Assembly (NCBI GenBank): GCA_044238535.1
Contig: JBIIDF010000003.1
Location: 1 to 44,395 of the forward strand
Direction: 5' to 3'
Length of the DNA: 44,395 nt
Source of the DNA: Vicinamibacterales bacterium
GTDB taxonomy: Bacteria > Acidobacteriota > Vicinamibacteria > Vicinamibacterales > UBA2999
Part shown: positions 10,954 through 19,758 of the stretch, in pieces
Layout of the letters: each line of letters starts with the position of its first letter
Numbering within the stretch: position 1 is the first letter of the stretch
Translations under genes and position numbers: made by a program
Notes under the pieces: generated by a model
What the model was told of the DNA's origin: nothing
Seen by the model: only the letters and a program-made list of their open reading frames with translations
Database searches by the model: none

Positions 10954-11044
10954 AGTATCGAGCGCTCCTGACCGTGAGGGGGGAACCACGGAAACTGTCG
11001 CTGCTTATAGCACACGCATGCCGTTCGGCCTATACAATGTCCGG

Positions 11045-12103
11045 ATGCTGATTGCTTCCCGCGCCCGTCATGCACTGCTGACTGTTCTGAGCCTGACCCT
11101 GCTGGTGAGTGCCTGCAAGGGCACCGGTGGGGCGCCGGCTCCTGCCTCGCCCGACACGTGGGCGACCGTTGATGGCCGTGCCATCAGCCGCGATCTGGTG
11201 GAGAAGTCGTATCGCCGCACGGCGCAGACCACCCCGGCCCCTTCCGAGGAAGAGGCGCTGGCGGCCAAGCTGACCTTGCTGAACGAGCTGATCGTGCAGG
11301 ACATTCTCGTGAACACGGCCAAGGCCCTCAAGCTCGAGGTGCCCGACAGCGAGCTCGATACGGCCTACAACGAGGGCCGCAAAGACATCCCCGAGGAACA
11401 GTTCCAGCAGCAGCTGACGGCACGCAACCTGACCGCCGCCGACATGCGCGAGGAGCTGCGCCGCGAGATGCTGTCACAGAAGGTGCTCGAGGCCGAGGTG
11501 ACGAAGAAGGTCTCGGTGAGCGATGCCGAAATCACGGCATTCTTCGAGGCGAACCGTTCGCAGTTCGAGCTTGCCGAAGATGCCTACCGCATCGGACAGA
11601 TTGTGGTGACACCTGTGCGCGAGCCCCAGCAGACCAACCGCACGGGAAACGACGCGACCACGGCCCAGGAGGCCAATGCGAAGATTCAGATGCTGATGGA
11701 GCGGCTGAAGCAGGGCGCGACCTTCTCGGACGTGGCTGCGGACTTCTCGGAAGATGGTGAGACGGCGCAGCGCGGGGGTGACCTCGGATTTGTGCCCCTG
11801 TCGGCCCTGCAGCGCGCGCCGCAGAAGCTGCGGGATGCGGTGCTCAAGTCGGAACCGGGGTCGGTGACGCTGGTCAGCGAGGGCGGCGGTCACACGCTGG
11901 TGGCGCTCATTGCGAAGGAACCGGCCGGCAAGCGTGATCCGAGCATGCCCGAGGTGAAGGCCCGCATCACTGATGCCATCCGAGGCCGCAAGGAACAGCT
12001 GCTGCGGGCGGCCTACCTGTCGGCGGTGCGGAACAATGCGGCCGTGGTGAACCACCTGGCGGCACGGCTGGTGGCTGGCCAGGGCGCCCTGCCGAAGCCC
12101 TGA
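11045..12103 (+). CDS. SurA/PrsA-like parvulin peptidyl-prolyl isomerase lipoprotein
   Basis: Lipobox LVSAC, SurA N-domain (ATVDGRAI), PpiC motif F...A..FSED..TA.RGGDLGF. Confidence 0.88.
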   Translation: MLIASRARHALLTVLSLTLLVSACKGTGGAPAPASPDTWATVDGRAISRDLVEKSYRRTAQTTPAPSEEEALAAKLTLLNELIVQDILVNTAKALKLEVPDSELDTAYNEGRKDIPEEQFQQQLTARNLTAADMREELRREMLSQKVLEAEVTKKVSVSDAEITAFFEANRSQFELAEDAYRIGQIVVTPVREPQQTNRTGNDATTAQEANAKIQMLMERLKQGATFSDVAADFSEDGETAQRGGDLGFVPLSALQRAPQKLRDAVLKSEPGSVTLVSEGGGHTLVALIAKEPAGKRDPSMPEVKARITDAIRGRKEQLLRAAYLSAVRNNAAVVNHLAARLVAGQGALPKP

Positions 12104-12154
12104 GCCCAGGGAGCGGCGCCTGCGGTACCTGCGGGTGCCGCGAGTGAGTGAGAC

Positions 12155-12195
12155 ACGGCCTCAGTGGTCCGGATGTACCGGATGACTGAGGCCGT
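12155..12195. terminator. Strong hairpin between convergent genes, likely bidirectional terminator or stabiliser
   Basis: ACGGCCTCAGT-GG-TCCGG-ATGTA-CCGGA-TG-ACTGAGGCCGT, with a perfect 11-bp outer stem. Confidence 0.55.
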
Positions 12196-12257
12196 TGCTG
12201 TTGTGGGGGAGGCGCATGGGGTGCCCGAGGTGCGGGTTGCCGGTCTCACCCGCGACG

Positions 12258-13523
12258 TTAGAGCGCGTCGTCCTTGGTTTCGCGGCTGAGCCCCTGGCCG
12301 ACGAGCGAGAGGACCGTGGCCGCCGAGAGGTAGTAGCCGACGGCCGAGAGGCTGTAGGTGGTCGCCAGCCAGGTGGCGACATACGGTGCGAGCGACGCAC
12401 CAAAGATGCCTGCAAAGTTGTACGCCAGCGAACTGCCGGTGTAGCGCACGGTCGTCGGGAACAGTTCGGCGAGCACGGTGCCGAGGGGGCCGTAGGCCGA
12501 GCCCACGAGGGCCATGCCAAGGGCCATCATCACCGTGGCGCCGACGGTGCCGCTTTCAAACAGGGGGGCAAACACGAGGCCGAAGAGGAACGTGGCTGCC
12601 GACACCTGCATCAGCAGGCGTCGTCGTCCGCGTTCGGCGAGCAGGGCCGACACGGGAATGGTGGCGGCAAAGAAGCACACCCCGAACAGCTGGATGAACA
12701 GGAACTGCTCGCGCGTGTAGCCGAGGGCACTGGTGCCCCACGACAGCGAGAAGACCGTCATCAGATAGAAGTTCACGTAGACCGCCAGGGCGATGAGCGT
12801 GCCGAGCACGACGGCGCCGGTGTGATGGCGGATGACGGTGAGCAGCGGCACCTCGCGGTGTGCCTGCGCCGCTACGGCTTTCTGGAAGACGGGCGTTTCG
12901 GTCACAGAGAGCCGGACATAGAGCCCGAGGCCCACGAGCAGCGCGCTCGAAATGAACGGCACACGCCAGCCCCAGTCGAGGAACTGTTCGTTGGTCAGTG
13001 TGCGTGACAGCAGCAGGAAGATGCCACCGGAGAAGAAGAAGCCGATGGGGGCCCCGAGCTGCGGGAACATGCCGTACCACGCGCGCTTGCCCGGGGGCGC
13101 GTTCTCGGTCGCGAGCAGCACGGCGCCGCCCCATTCCCCGCCGATGCCCAGACCCTGTCCGAAGCGGAAGACCGCCAGCAGCACCGGTGCGAGCAGCCCC
13201 AGCGTCTCGTAGGACGGCAGCAGCCCGATGGCCATCGTCGACAGACCCATGGTGAGCAGCGCGGCGACAAGCGTCGCCTTGCGGCCGATGCGATCGCCGA
13301 AGTGACCGAAGAGCACCGAGCCGATGGGTCGAGCGACGAAGGCGACGGCAAAAGTGGCGAGAGACGCCAGGGTGGCGGTGGCCGGTTCCGAGGCTGGGAA
13401 GAACAGCCTCGGAAAGACCAGCACCGCCGCAGTGGCGTAGATGTAGAAGTCGAAGAACTCGATCGCCGTGCCGATGAGGCTGGCGAGGAGAATCTGTCGG
13501 GGCGTGTTGACCGCGCGTGTCAC
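12258..13523 (-). CDS. MFS transporter, metabolite:H+ symporter (MHS/ShiA-like)
   Basis: IEFFDFYIY, FGHFGDRIGRK, QGLGIGGEWGGA, WGWRVPF and ELFPT.VRYTG motifs. The GTG start overlaps the upstream TGA (GTGA). Confidence 0.93.
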   Translation of the reverse strand: MTRAVNTPRQILLASLIGTAIEFFDFYIYATAAVLVFPRLFFPASEPATATLASLATFAVAFVARPIGSVLFGHFGDRIGRKATLVAALLTMGLSTMAIGLLPSYETLGLLAPVLLAVFRFGQGLGIGGEWGGAVLLATENAPPGKRAWYGMFPQLGAPIGFFFSGGIFLLLSRTLTNEQFLDWGWRVPFISSALLVGLGLYVRLSVTETPVFQKAVAAQAHREVPLLTVIRHHTGAVVLGTLIALAVYVNFYLMTVFSLSWGTSALGYTREQFLFIQLFGVCFFAATIPVSALLAERGRRRLLMQVSAATFLFGLVFAPLFESGTVGATVMMALGMALVGSAYGPLGTVLAELFPTTVRYTGSSLAYNFAGIFGASLAPYVATWLATTYSLSAVGYYLSAATVLSLVGQGLSRETKDDAL

Positions 13524-14512
13524 TTGCCGGCGGCCGGGGCGTTGGCGATCAGGAACGGTTCGATTTCTGTCGCCACCGCATCGGTGCGGTAGAACGTGTC
13601 CGAATAGCTGAGCCCGGCGACCGTCTTGTACTGGACCTTGGTGCCCGACAGCTTCGTCTCGTAGGCTTTGGCGAGCTCGAGGCCGCTCTGATCCGCGCCG
13701 CCGAGCACCCAGAGGGTGGGCACCTTGAACGCTGCGGGTTCCATCGGGGGATATTCGGTGAGCGCGCCGAGCGCCAGGGCCGAGCGGGCCACGCCGGCCT
13801 TCCAGGCGTCCTGGTCACCGGGTGACAGGCTGCTGAGCTTGAAGGTGCCCGCCTTGTCGGCGTCGAGCAGCGGCTTCCACTTGGCCCGCATGGCGAGCAT
13901 GGCGTCCTTCACCGGGCCAGTGACGGTGGGTCCCATGTCGGCACTGATGAGCACGGCGCCCGACAGACGGTCGGACTGCGCGGCGAGATAGCGGCCGATG
14001 CTGGCCCCGTGGCCGAAGCCGACGAGCAGGAACTGCTTGACACCCGCGGCGTCGGCGACGGCGAGAATGTCACCGGTCATGCGGTCGAGGGCATAGGCCT
14101 CGGCGGTGTCGGGCTTCCCGCTGCCGCCGCTGCCGCGCATGTCGAGGGTGATGACCGTGAAGCGCTTTGCGAAGCGCTCGACATAGCCGCGTTCGACCCA
14201 CGAGCGCCGCGTCTGTCCGCCGCCATGCACGAGGATGAGCGCGGGCCCTGCACCGGTCTTCTCGTAGGCGATGAGGGTGCCGTCGGCTGCCTTGGCCGTC
14301 GGGGTTGCGGGGGTAGCTGGTGCGGCCGGTGCGGCGGCCGGCGCGGCAGTGGCCGTGCGGCCAGCCGGAGCTGGACTGGCCGGGGCGGGGCTGCTGGGCG
14401 TGGTCGTGGCCGTACCGGCTGGCTGTGCGCACGCGGCGGCGAAGATCGAGAGAGAGAAACCTGCGATGGCTGCGCCTGAGCGGGTCATCGCAAGGGAACG
14501 TGCCGTGAACAT
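13520..14512 (-). CDS. Alpha/beta-hydrolase-fold lipoprotein, apparently lacking the catalytic Ser and His
   Basis: Lipobox FAAAC, PA-rich linker, DGT.IAY...G.GPALILVHGG and D.RG.G.S. The elbow reads GFGHG and the His region reads GLSY. GGAGG SD. Confidence 0.85.
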   Translation of the reverse strand: MFTARSLAMTRSGAAIAGFSLSIFAAACAQPAGTATTTPSSPAPASPAPAGRTATAAPAAAPAAPATPATPTAKAADGTLIAYEKTGAGPALILVHGGGQTRRSWVERGYVERFAKRFTVITLDMRGSGGSGKPDTAEAYALDRMTGDILAVADAAGVKQFLLVGFGHGASIGRYLAAQSDRLSGAVLISADMGPTVTGPVKDAMLAMRAKWKPLLDADKAGTFKLSSLSPGDQDAWKAGVARSALALGALTEYPPMEPAAFKVPTLWVLGGADQSGLELAKAYETKLSGTKVQYKTVAGLSYSDTFYRTDAVATEIEPFLIANAPAAGK

Positions 14513-14590
14513 GGAACTACGTGCCTCCAAACGCGAAGTGTAAACCAAACCCTGTCGCCCGTGAGATGCTAAGGTTCGGTCTGATGCGAT

Positions 14591-14674
14591 ATGCCTGAAC
14601 CTGTCTGGCGCGCGGCCGTGCGCACCTTTATTGAGGTGTTCAAGGCCATCTACAACGAACCCCCCGGCTGTTGA
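14591..14674 (+). CDS. Possible 27-aa small protein MPEPVWRAAVRTFIEVFKAIYNEPPGC
   Basis: ATG...TGA with mostly G/C third positions, TAAGGT upstream (14570-14575) and a hairpin downstream. No SD. Confidence 0.35.
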   Translation: MPEPVWRAAVRTFIEVFKAIYNEPPGC

Positions 14675-14838
14675 GTGCCGAACGTGAGGTCACTGGACGG
14701 TGACCTGCTGAGCCGGCGTGCCACCCCTGCGGCGGCGGCGTCTTTGCCTGCGGAGCGATCGAACGACCCTGCGACGACGAGCCGGTAGTCCCTGGGGGTG
14801 GCGGGAGCCAGACCCAGCCCTTGCGCGTTGTCGTGAAG

Positions 14839-14892
14839 TTAACACCGCCGTAACCGTTCTGCGACATCGCTGTTGCAGTCGGCTTCTACCGT
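14839..14892 (+). promoter_or_regulatory. Pho-box-like direct repeats plus -10 of the TonB-dependent receptor gene
   Basis: TTAAC(14839), GTAAC(14850), GCGAC(14861), GTTGC(14872) at an 11-bp period, then 10 nt, TACCGT(14887), 6 nt, ATG. Confidence 0.55.
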
Positions 14893-14898
14893 AGGTGG

Positions 14899-17745
14899 AT
14901 GCACTCAGCGATATCTCGCCTGCGGATTGCCCTGTTTGTCATCGGATGTCTGTCTGCCGGGCCGAGCGTGGCCCTGGCACAGTCGGGCATCGGCACGGGC
15001 ACCATTGATGGAACGGTGGTCGATAGCGACAAGGCCGCGATGCCGGGGGTCACCGTGGACGTTCGTGACCAGTCGACGGGATTGACCCGTCAGGCGGTGA
15101 CCGATGCCCGCGGGCGTTTCGCGCTGGTCGCCTTGTCCCCTGGCGTGTATGCCCTCGAGGGGACGCTGGCCGGGTTTGCGCCGGTGCGACGCGAGCAGGT
15201 GGCGGTGACCGTGGGCGACACGGTGACGCTGTCGCTGACCATGACGGTGGCGGGAGTGACCGAGACGGTCGCCGTCACCGCGCGGGTGAGCGGCCTCGAT
15301 ACCCGGGGTGCCGCCACGGCGTCGTTCGTGAACGAACGCGCGATTCAGGAACTGCCGGTGCGCGGGCGCAACTTTGCCGAGTTCGTGCAGCTCACCCCAG
15401 GCGTGGTTCAGGAGGGCGACCGCTTTGGTCTCGTCATGGGTGGACAGCGCTCCATCAACTCGAACGTCTCGATCGACGGCGTCGACTTCAATGACCCGCT
15501 GCAGGGCAATCAGCGCGGGGGTAACGAGTCGGCCTTCTTCTTTCCCCAGGCGGCCATCCGCGAGTTTCAGGTGGTGCGCAGCGGCGCAGGTGCCGAGACA
15601 GGCCGCACCAGCGCCGGCCTGGTGAATGTGGTCACCAAGTCGGGCACCAACACCATCAATGGTGAAACGTTTTTTCTCAACCGCAACAAGGCCCTGACGT
15701 CGCCCGATGCGTTCGACCGCAAGCTCAACAACCAGCAGAACCAGTTCGGCGGCGCAGCCGGTGGTCCGATCCGCGCCAACCGTGCGTTCTACTTTGCGGC
15801 CGTCGAGCAGAACTTCCTGCGCGTGCCGTTCGTGGTCAAGTTCCAGACGCAGGCGGCCGGCGTGCCGGTGCCCGCCGCGCTGCAGGCCCTCGAAGGCGAG
15901 CAGTTCGGCACGAACAACCCGACGGCAGTCTTTCTCAAGACCGACTGGGTGCTGGGCGCCCGGTCGCGCCTCGAGGCGCAGTACACCTACGCGCGCCTGC
16001 GCGGCGACAACTTCAACTTTGACTCGCCCCAGCTGGATACGGCTACGACGGCGAACTTCCGCCGCGAGACACAGAGCCATGCCGGGAAGGTGAGCCTCAA
16101 CACCGTGGCGCGGCCTACGGTCGTCAATGAGCTGCGGCTGCAGTATGCGACGGACGACCGGACGGAAACGCCGAACTCGCTGCTGCCGCAGATCACCATC
16201 AACGGCTTCGGCACCATCGGCGGAGACTCGGGCCGCCCGCGCTTCTTCGAGGCACGCCGCCTGCAGGTGACCGACTCGCTGACGCTGGTGCGCGGCAGGC
16301 ACACCGTGCGCATCGGGGGCGACGTGAACATCACGCCGTCACGGCAGCAGCGCGAAAGCAACATCATCGGCCGCTACGACTTCACCTCGCTGGCCAACTA
16401 CAACGCCGGCGTCATTTCGCGGTATCGCCAGACGCTGCCGACGTTCGACCTGCAGGAACTGTTTTACGAAGCCACCCAGAAGGAAGCGGCGGCCTACATT
16501 CAGGACGCCTTCACGGTGAACAGCCGGCTGACCATCAATGCCGGGTTCCGGTGGGAGGGCCAGTGGAACCCCGACCCGCCGCGGCCGAATCCGGCCTATC
16601 CCCAGACCGCGGAGATTCCCGACGACCTGACGATGTTCCAGCCCCGCCTGAGTGCGGCGTGGGACCTGACCGGCCAAGGAAAGACGGTGGTGCGGGCCTC
16701 GGCGGGCATCTTCAACGCGCGCACGCCGGCGAATTTGTTCCAGCGCGTGTTCAGTGACAATGGCATCACGACGGTGGCGGTCGACAGCCGCATCGATACG
16801 ACGCTGCTGAGCCAGCTGACCTTCCCGAACGCGTATCCCGGGTTGGCCGCGGGGGTGCGTATCGGGCCGCAGCGCATCTTCGGTTTCGACCCGAACTTCC
16901 AGAACCCCGAAACGACCGGTCTGTCGGCGACGGTCGAGCATCGTGTGGCTGAGGCCCTGCAGGTCTCCGCAGGCTACATCCGCAACCGCACCATTCATCT
17001 GCAGCGGCGGATCGATCGCAACCTGTTCGCCCCGACGATCGCCGACACCGGCCTGCCGGTGTTTCCGTCGACCCGTCCCAATCCGACGATCGCTCAGCTT
17101 GAAATGAACGAATCAACGGCCCGGTCGCAGTACGACGCCCTGGTGCTGTCCGGCAATGGCCGCATGGGTCGCATGCAGTGGCAGATGGGCTACACCTTTG
17201 CGAAGAACTGGGATGACGACTCGAACGAGCGCAACTTCAGCCGGCAGCCGACCCTGAATCCGTTCAACCTCGCCGACGAGTGGGCGCCGTCGAAGCAGGA
17301 CGTGCGACACAATTTCACGGCGAATGCGATTACGGTGCTGCCGGGTGGCGTGACGCTGTCGGGCATTCTGCTCGCGCGGTCGGGGCTGCCGTACACGGCG
17401 GTGATTGGCAGCGACCAGCAGCGCGATGCCAATGATGACAATGACCGCGCCATCATCAACGGACGTGTGGTGCCGCGCAATTCGTTCAGGCAGCCGGGCT
17501 TCTTCAATCTGGATCTGCGCCTGATGAAGCAGGTGCGCCTCCGCGGGCGCTCGTCGCTGGCCCTGCTGGTCGACGTGCTCAACGCCACACGTGCGAAGAA
17601 CCTGAACTTCGGCAACGACGGCATCAGCGTCTACGGCACGCCCGCCAGCCCGGTGGCGACGGCGGGTCGGCCGCTCTACGCGCCATCGACGGCCCGCTTC
17701 GGGGGGCCCCGCCAGATTCAGCTGGGCGCACGGCTGATGTTCTGA
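14899..17745 (+). CDS. TonB-dependent receptor (Oar-like, N-terminal carboxypeptidase-regulatory-like domain)
   Basis: Signal peptide, GTI.GTV.D...PGVTV...TD.RG.F, I.ELP..GRNF...QLTPGV, EFQV...AE.GR.SAG.VNVVTKSGTN, C-terminal QLGARLMF. Confidence 0.93.
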   Translation: MHSAISRLRIALFVIGCLSAGPSVALAQSGIGTGTIDGTVVDSDKAAMPGVTVDVRDQSTGLTRQAVTDARGRFALVALSPGVYALEGTLAGFAPVRREQVAVTVGDTVTLSLTMTVAGVTETVAVTARVSGLDTRGAATASFVNERAIQELPVRGRNFAEFVQLTPGVVQEGDRFGLVMGGQRSINSNVSIDGVDFNDPLQGNQRGGNESAFFFPQAAIREFQVVRSGAGAETGRTSAGLVNVVTKSGTNTINGETFFLNRNKALTSPDAFDRKLNNQQNQFGGAAGGPIRANRAFYFAAVEQNFLRVPFVVKFQTQAAGVPVPAALQALEGEQFGTNNPTAVFLKTDWVLGARSRLEAQYTYARLRGDNFNFDSPQLDTATTANFRRETQSHAGKVSLNTVARPTVVNELRLQYATDDRTETPNSLLPQITINGFGTIGGDSGRPRFFEARRLQVTDSLTLVRGRHTVRIGGDVNITPSRQQRESNIIGRYDFTSLANYNAGVISRYRQTLPTFDLQELFYEATQKEAAAYIQDAFTVNSRLTINAGFRWEGQWNPDPPRPNPAYPQTAEIPDDLTMFQPRLSAAWDLTGQGKTVVRASAGIFNARTPANLFQRVFSDNGITTVAVDSRIDTTLLSQLTFPNAYPGLAAGVRIGPQRIFGFDPNFQNPETTGLSATVEHRVAEALQVSAGYIRNRTIHLQRRIDRNLFAPTIADTGLPVFPSTRPNPTIAQLEMNESTARSQYDALVLSGNGRMGRMQWQMGYTFAKNWDDDSNERNFSRQPTLNPFNLADEWAPSKQDVRHNFTANAITVLPGGVTLSGILLARSGLPYTAVIGSDQQRDANDDNDRAIINGRVVPRNSFRQPGFFNLDLRLMKQVRLRGRSSLALLVDVLNATRAKNLNFGNDGISVYGTPASPVATAGRPLYAPSTARFGGPRQIQLGARLMF

Positions 17746-17875
17746 TCCGCAGTCTCAAAGATTTACGCGACTGTCGTGAGGACGCCGCGTCATCGTGACG
17801 CGCGTCCTGCACACTGGAGTGCATGCGGCGGCGGGTGTTCATGCCCGCGCCGCTCACGATAGTCTCCTCCTCTTC

Positions 17876-17910
17876 GGCCACATCCTGCGTTGGGATGTGG
17901 CTGTTTTTTT
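17876..17910 (+). terminator. Rho-independent terminator
   Basis: GCCACATCC-loop-GGATGTGGC stem followed by TG and T7. Confidence 0.85.
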
Positions 17911-17945
17911 GCGCGGGCCGAGCGTGCGAGACGAAAGGGACGTCG

Positions 17946-19235
17946 TCAGTCGGCCGTGGACAGCCACGGCCAGGTGCTGGCGGTCGGGCGTGGCTGTGCT
18001 GTGGTGCACGCGGCCGCAGCCCGATGCTCACACAGCAACTGCTCGAGCAGCTGAAAATGCTCGTGGGCGACCAGCGGCCAGTGGTGCTGCGCAGCGGTCT
18101 CGGCTGCGCGCTGCACCCGTCGCGGTTCAGGCGCCAGCGACGCAGCCGTCACCGCGGCGGCGAGTCCGGCGCCCCCTGGCGGCGCCAGCCAGGCATTGTC
18201 GTCGGTGGCATAGCTCAGCACACCGCCCGCACGTGGAACGACGACGGGAACGCCGGAGGCCATGGCCTCGAGGGGGCCGATGCCGAACGGTTCCTTTGGG
18301 TTGGGATGCACGAAGACGTCGAGGCTGGCGTAGTGCGCGGCGAGCATTTCACGGTCGGTGATGCCCGGCACATGCAGCACACGTCCCCGGACGCGCCGCT
18401 CAGCATCGTGCATGAAGGCGTCCAGTGCCGGACCGTCACCAATCACGACGAGGCGATAGTCGCGGTGGCCCGAGGCACGCAGGTGTTCGAGCATGTCGAT
18501 CAGGGCATCAAGATGCTTTTCCGGTGACACGCGGCCCACGTAGCCGAGCAGCACGCTCCCGAGCGTTCCGCCGCACGCGGCTAGCAGATGGTTCCGCAGC
18601 GTGGCCTTTCGCGCGTCGGGTCGGAACCTGTCGCTGTCGACACCCATGCGGGCGAGTGTCACATCCGGATGATCCCCGGGGCCGTAGGCGGCGTGCAGTT
18701 CACTGGCGGTATATGCCGAATTGGCCAGATGCCGATCGAACGCGGGACGGTAGAGCCGTCGCATGTACCAGCGGGAGAACCATCGGCCCGCGGCGCCCGG
18801 GGTGACATAGGATGCGATGTTGTCATCCATCCGCTCGGAAGACATCGCCACCGTAGTCGGCATGCGCGGCAACCCATAGGCGCCCATTCTGAGCGCATAC
18901 CCGAGATACAGCAGCGTGTATTTGTCACAGACCTCGATGAGGTCGGGTTGCCAGGCTCTCAGCAGCCGTGCCAGTGGCGCGTGGCGCGGGGGCCAGTAGT
19001 GACGCGGCATCAGCAGGCGATAGCGCCGGTCGAAGGCCGGGGCGGGGTGTGCCTGCAGCGTATGCACCTCAACGCCGGGAGCGACATGTTCCACCGCGTC
19101 GTGCTCACCTGGAATGACGACGGCGAAGGGACGGCCGGTTCGCGCGGCCTCGGCGGTCAGCGCCGACACGAACGTGCGAATGCCTCCGGAGGCCGGGTGC
19201 ACATAGTTGGTGAGCAGGAGAATGCGTGGGGTCAC
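17946..19235 (-). CDS. Glycosyltransferase family 4 (GT-B)
   Basis: ILLLTNY....GGIRTF, GVD...F.P, YVGRVSPEK and EPFGIGPLEAMASG motifs. The GTG start at 19235 is coupled to the upstream TGA. Confidence 0.9.
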   Translation of the reverse strand: MTPRILLLTNYVHPASGGIRTFVSALTAEAARTGRPFAVVIPGEHDAVEHVAPGVEVHTLQAHPAPAFDRRYRLLMPRHYWPPRHAPLARLLRAWQPDLIEVCDKYTLLYLGYALRMGAYGLPRMPTTVAMSSERMDDNIASYVTPGAAGRWFSRWYMRRLYRPAFDRHLANSAYTASELHAAYGPGDHPDVTLARMGVDSDRFRPDARKATLRNHLLAACGGTLGSVLLGYVGRVSPEKHLDALIDMLEHLRASGHRDYRLVVIGDGPALDAFMHDAERRVRGRVLHVPGITDREMLAAHYASLDVFVHPNPKEPFGIGPLEAMASGVPVVVPRAGGVLSYATDDNAWLAPPGGAGLAAAVTAASLAPEPRRVQRAAETAAQHHWPLVAHEHFQLLEQLLCEHRAAAACTTAQPRPTASTWPWLSTAD

Positions 19236-19753
19236 GCGGCCCGTCCATTCCAGAGCAGCCGTGGGATGCGCCGCAGATCGTCGTGCAGGGGCCTGGCGCC
19301 CGGTCCGACGACCATGACCCCGCGTCGCATCAGCCAGACGCTGAACGAGGTCGTGATCATGCTCATCGTGACCGAGGCGACGATGCTGCGGCCGAGCTCC
19401 GGTGTGCCTGCGGTCAGATGGAGCAGCAGTTCGAGGGCGTGGCTGACTCCGGGCACCACCACCATGGCCACCGCCGTGGCGACGGCCGGCGGGTGCGCTT
19501 GCCGGAATGCCTGTGTCAGCGCCCCATAGAAGCCCGACATCAGGAAGCGATATCCGAACTCGACCCCAAGCGCGAGCAGCGCCGGCTTCCAGCCGGCCGA
19601 CAAGTTCAGGGTGAAGAACAGCCCTGCGCGCGAGACGGCGCTCGTGACCGCGGCCTTGTAGTTCCAGCGGGCGAACACGAGCGAACCTGGATGCCGGCAC
19701 AGGCACCCGACCACCTGCCAAGGCGACAGGCCATGAGGCAGATGGGAGTCCAC
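19232..19753 (-). CDS. Hypothetical integral membrane protein (about 4 TM)
   Basis: RWNYKAA, then hydrophobic stretches with GFYGALTQAFR and H.LE..H...GTP. It lies 5 bp after the PHP stop and overlaps the GT4 start. Start codon uncertain. Confidence 0.75.
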   Translation of the reverse strand: MDSHLPHGLSPWQVVGCLCRHPGSLVFARWNYKAAVTSAVSRAGLFFTLNLSAGWKPALLALGVEFGYRFLMSGFYGALTQAFRQAHPPAVATAVAMVVVPGVSHALELLLHLTAGTPELGRSIVASVTMSMITTSFSVWLMRRGVMVVGPGARPLHDDLRRIPRLLWNGRAA

Positions 19754-19758
19754 AGCGA

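Noticed and set aside
14549-14838. Cobalamin/TPP/c-di-AMP riboswitch or 6S RNA ahead of the TonB receptor
   Set aside because: Conserved cores are not recognisable on either strand, and the receptor appears leaderless with its own promoter.
19236-19721. N-terminal extension of the 591-aa GT4 ORF
   Set aside because: The real GT4 starts at GTG 19235. The upstream segment encodes the membrane protein in another frame.
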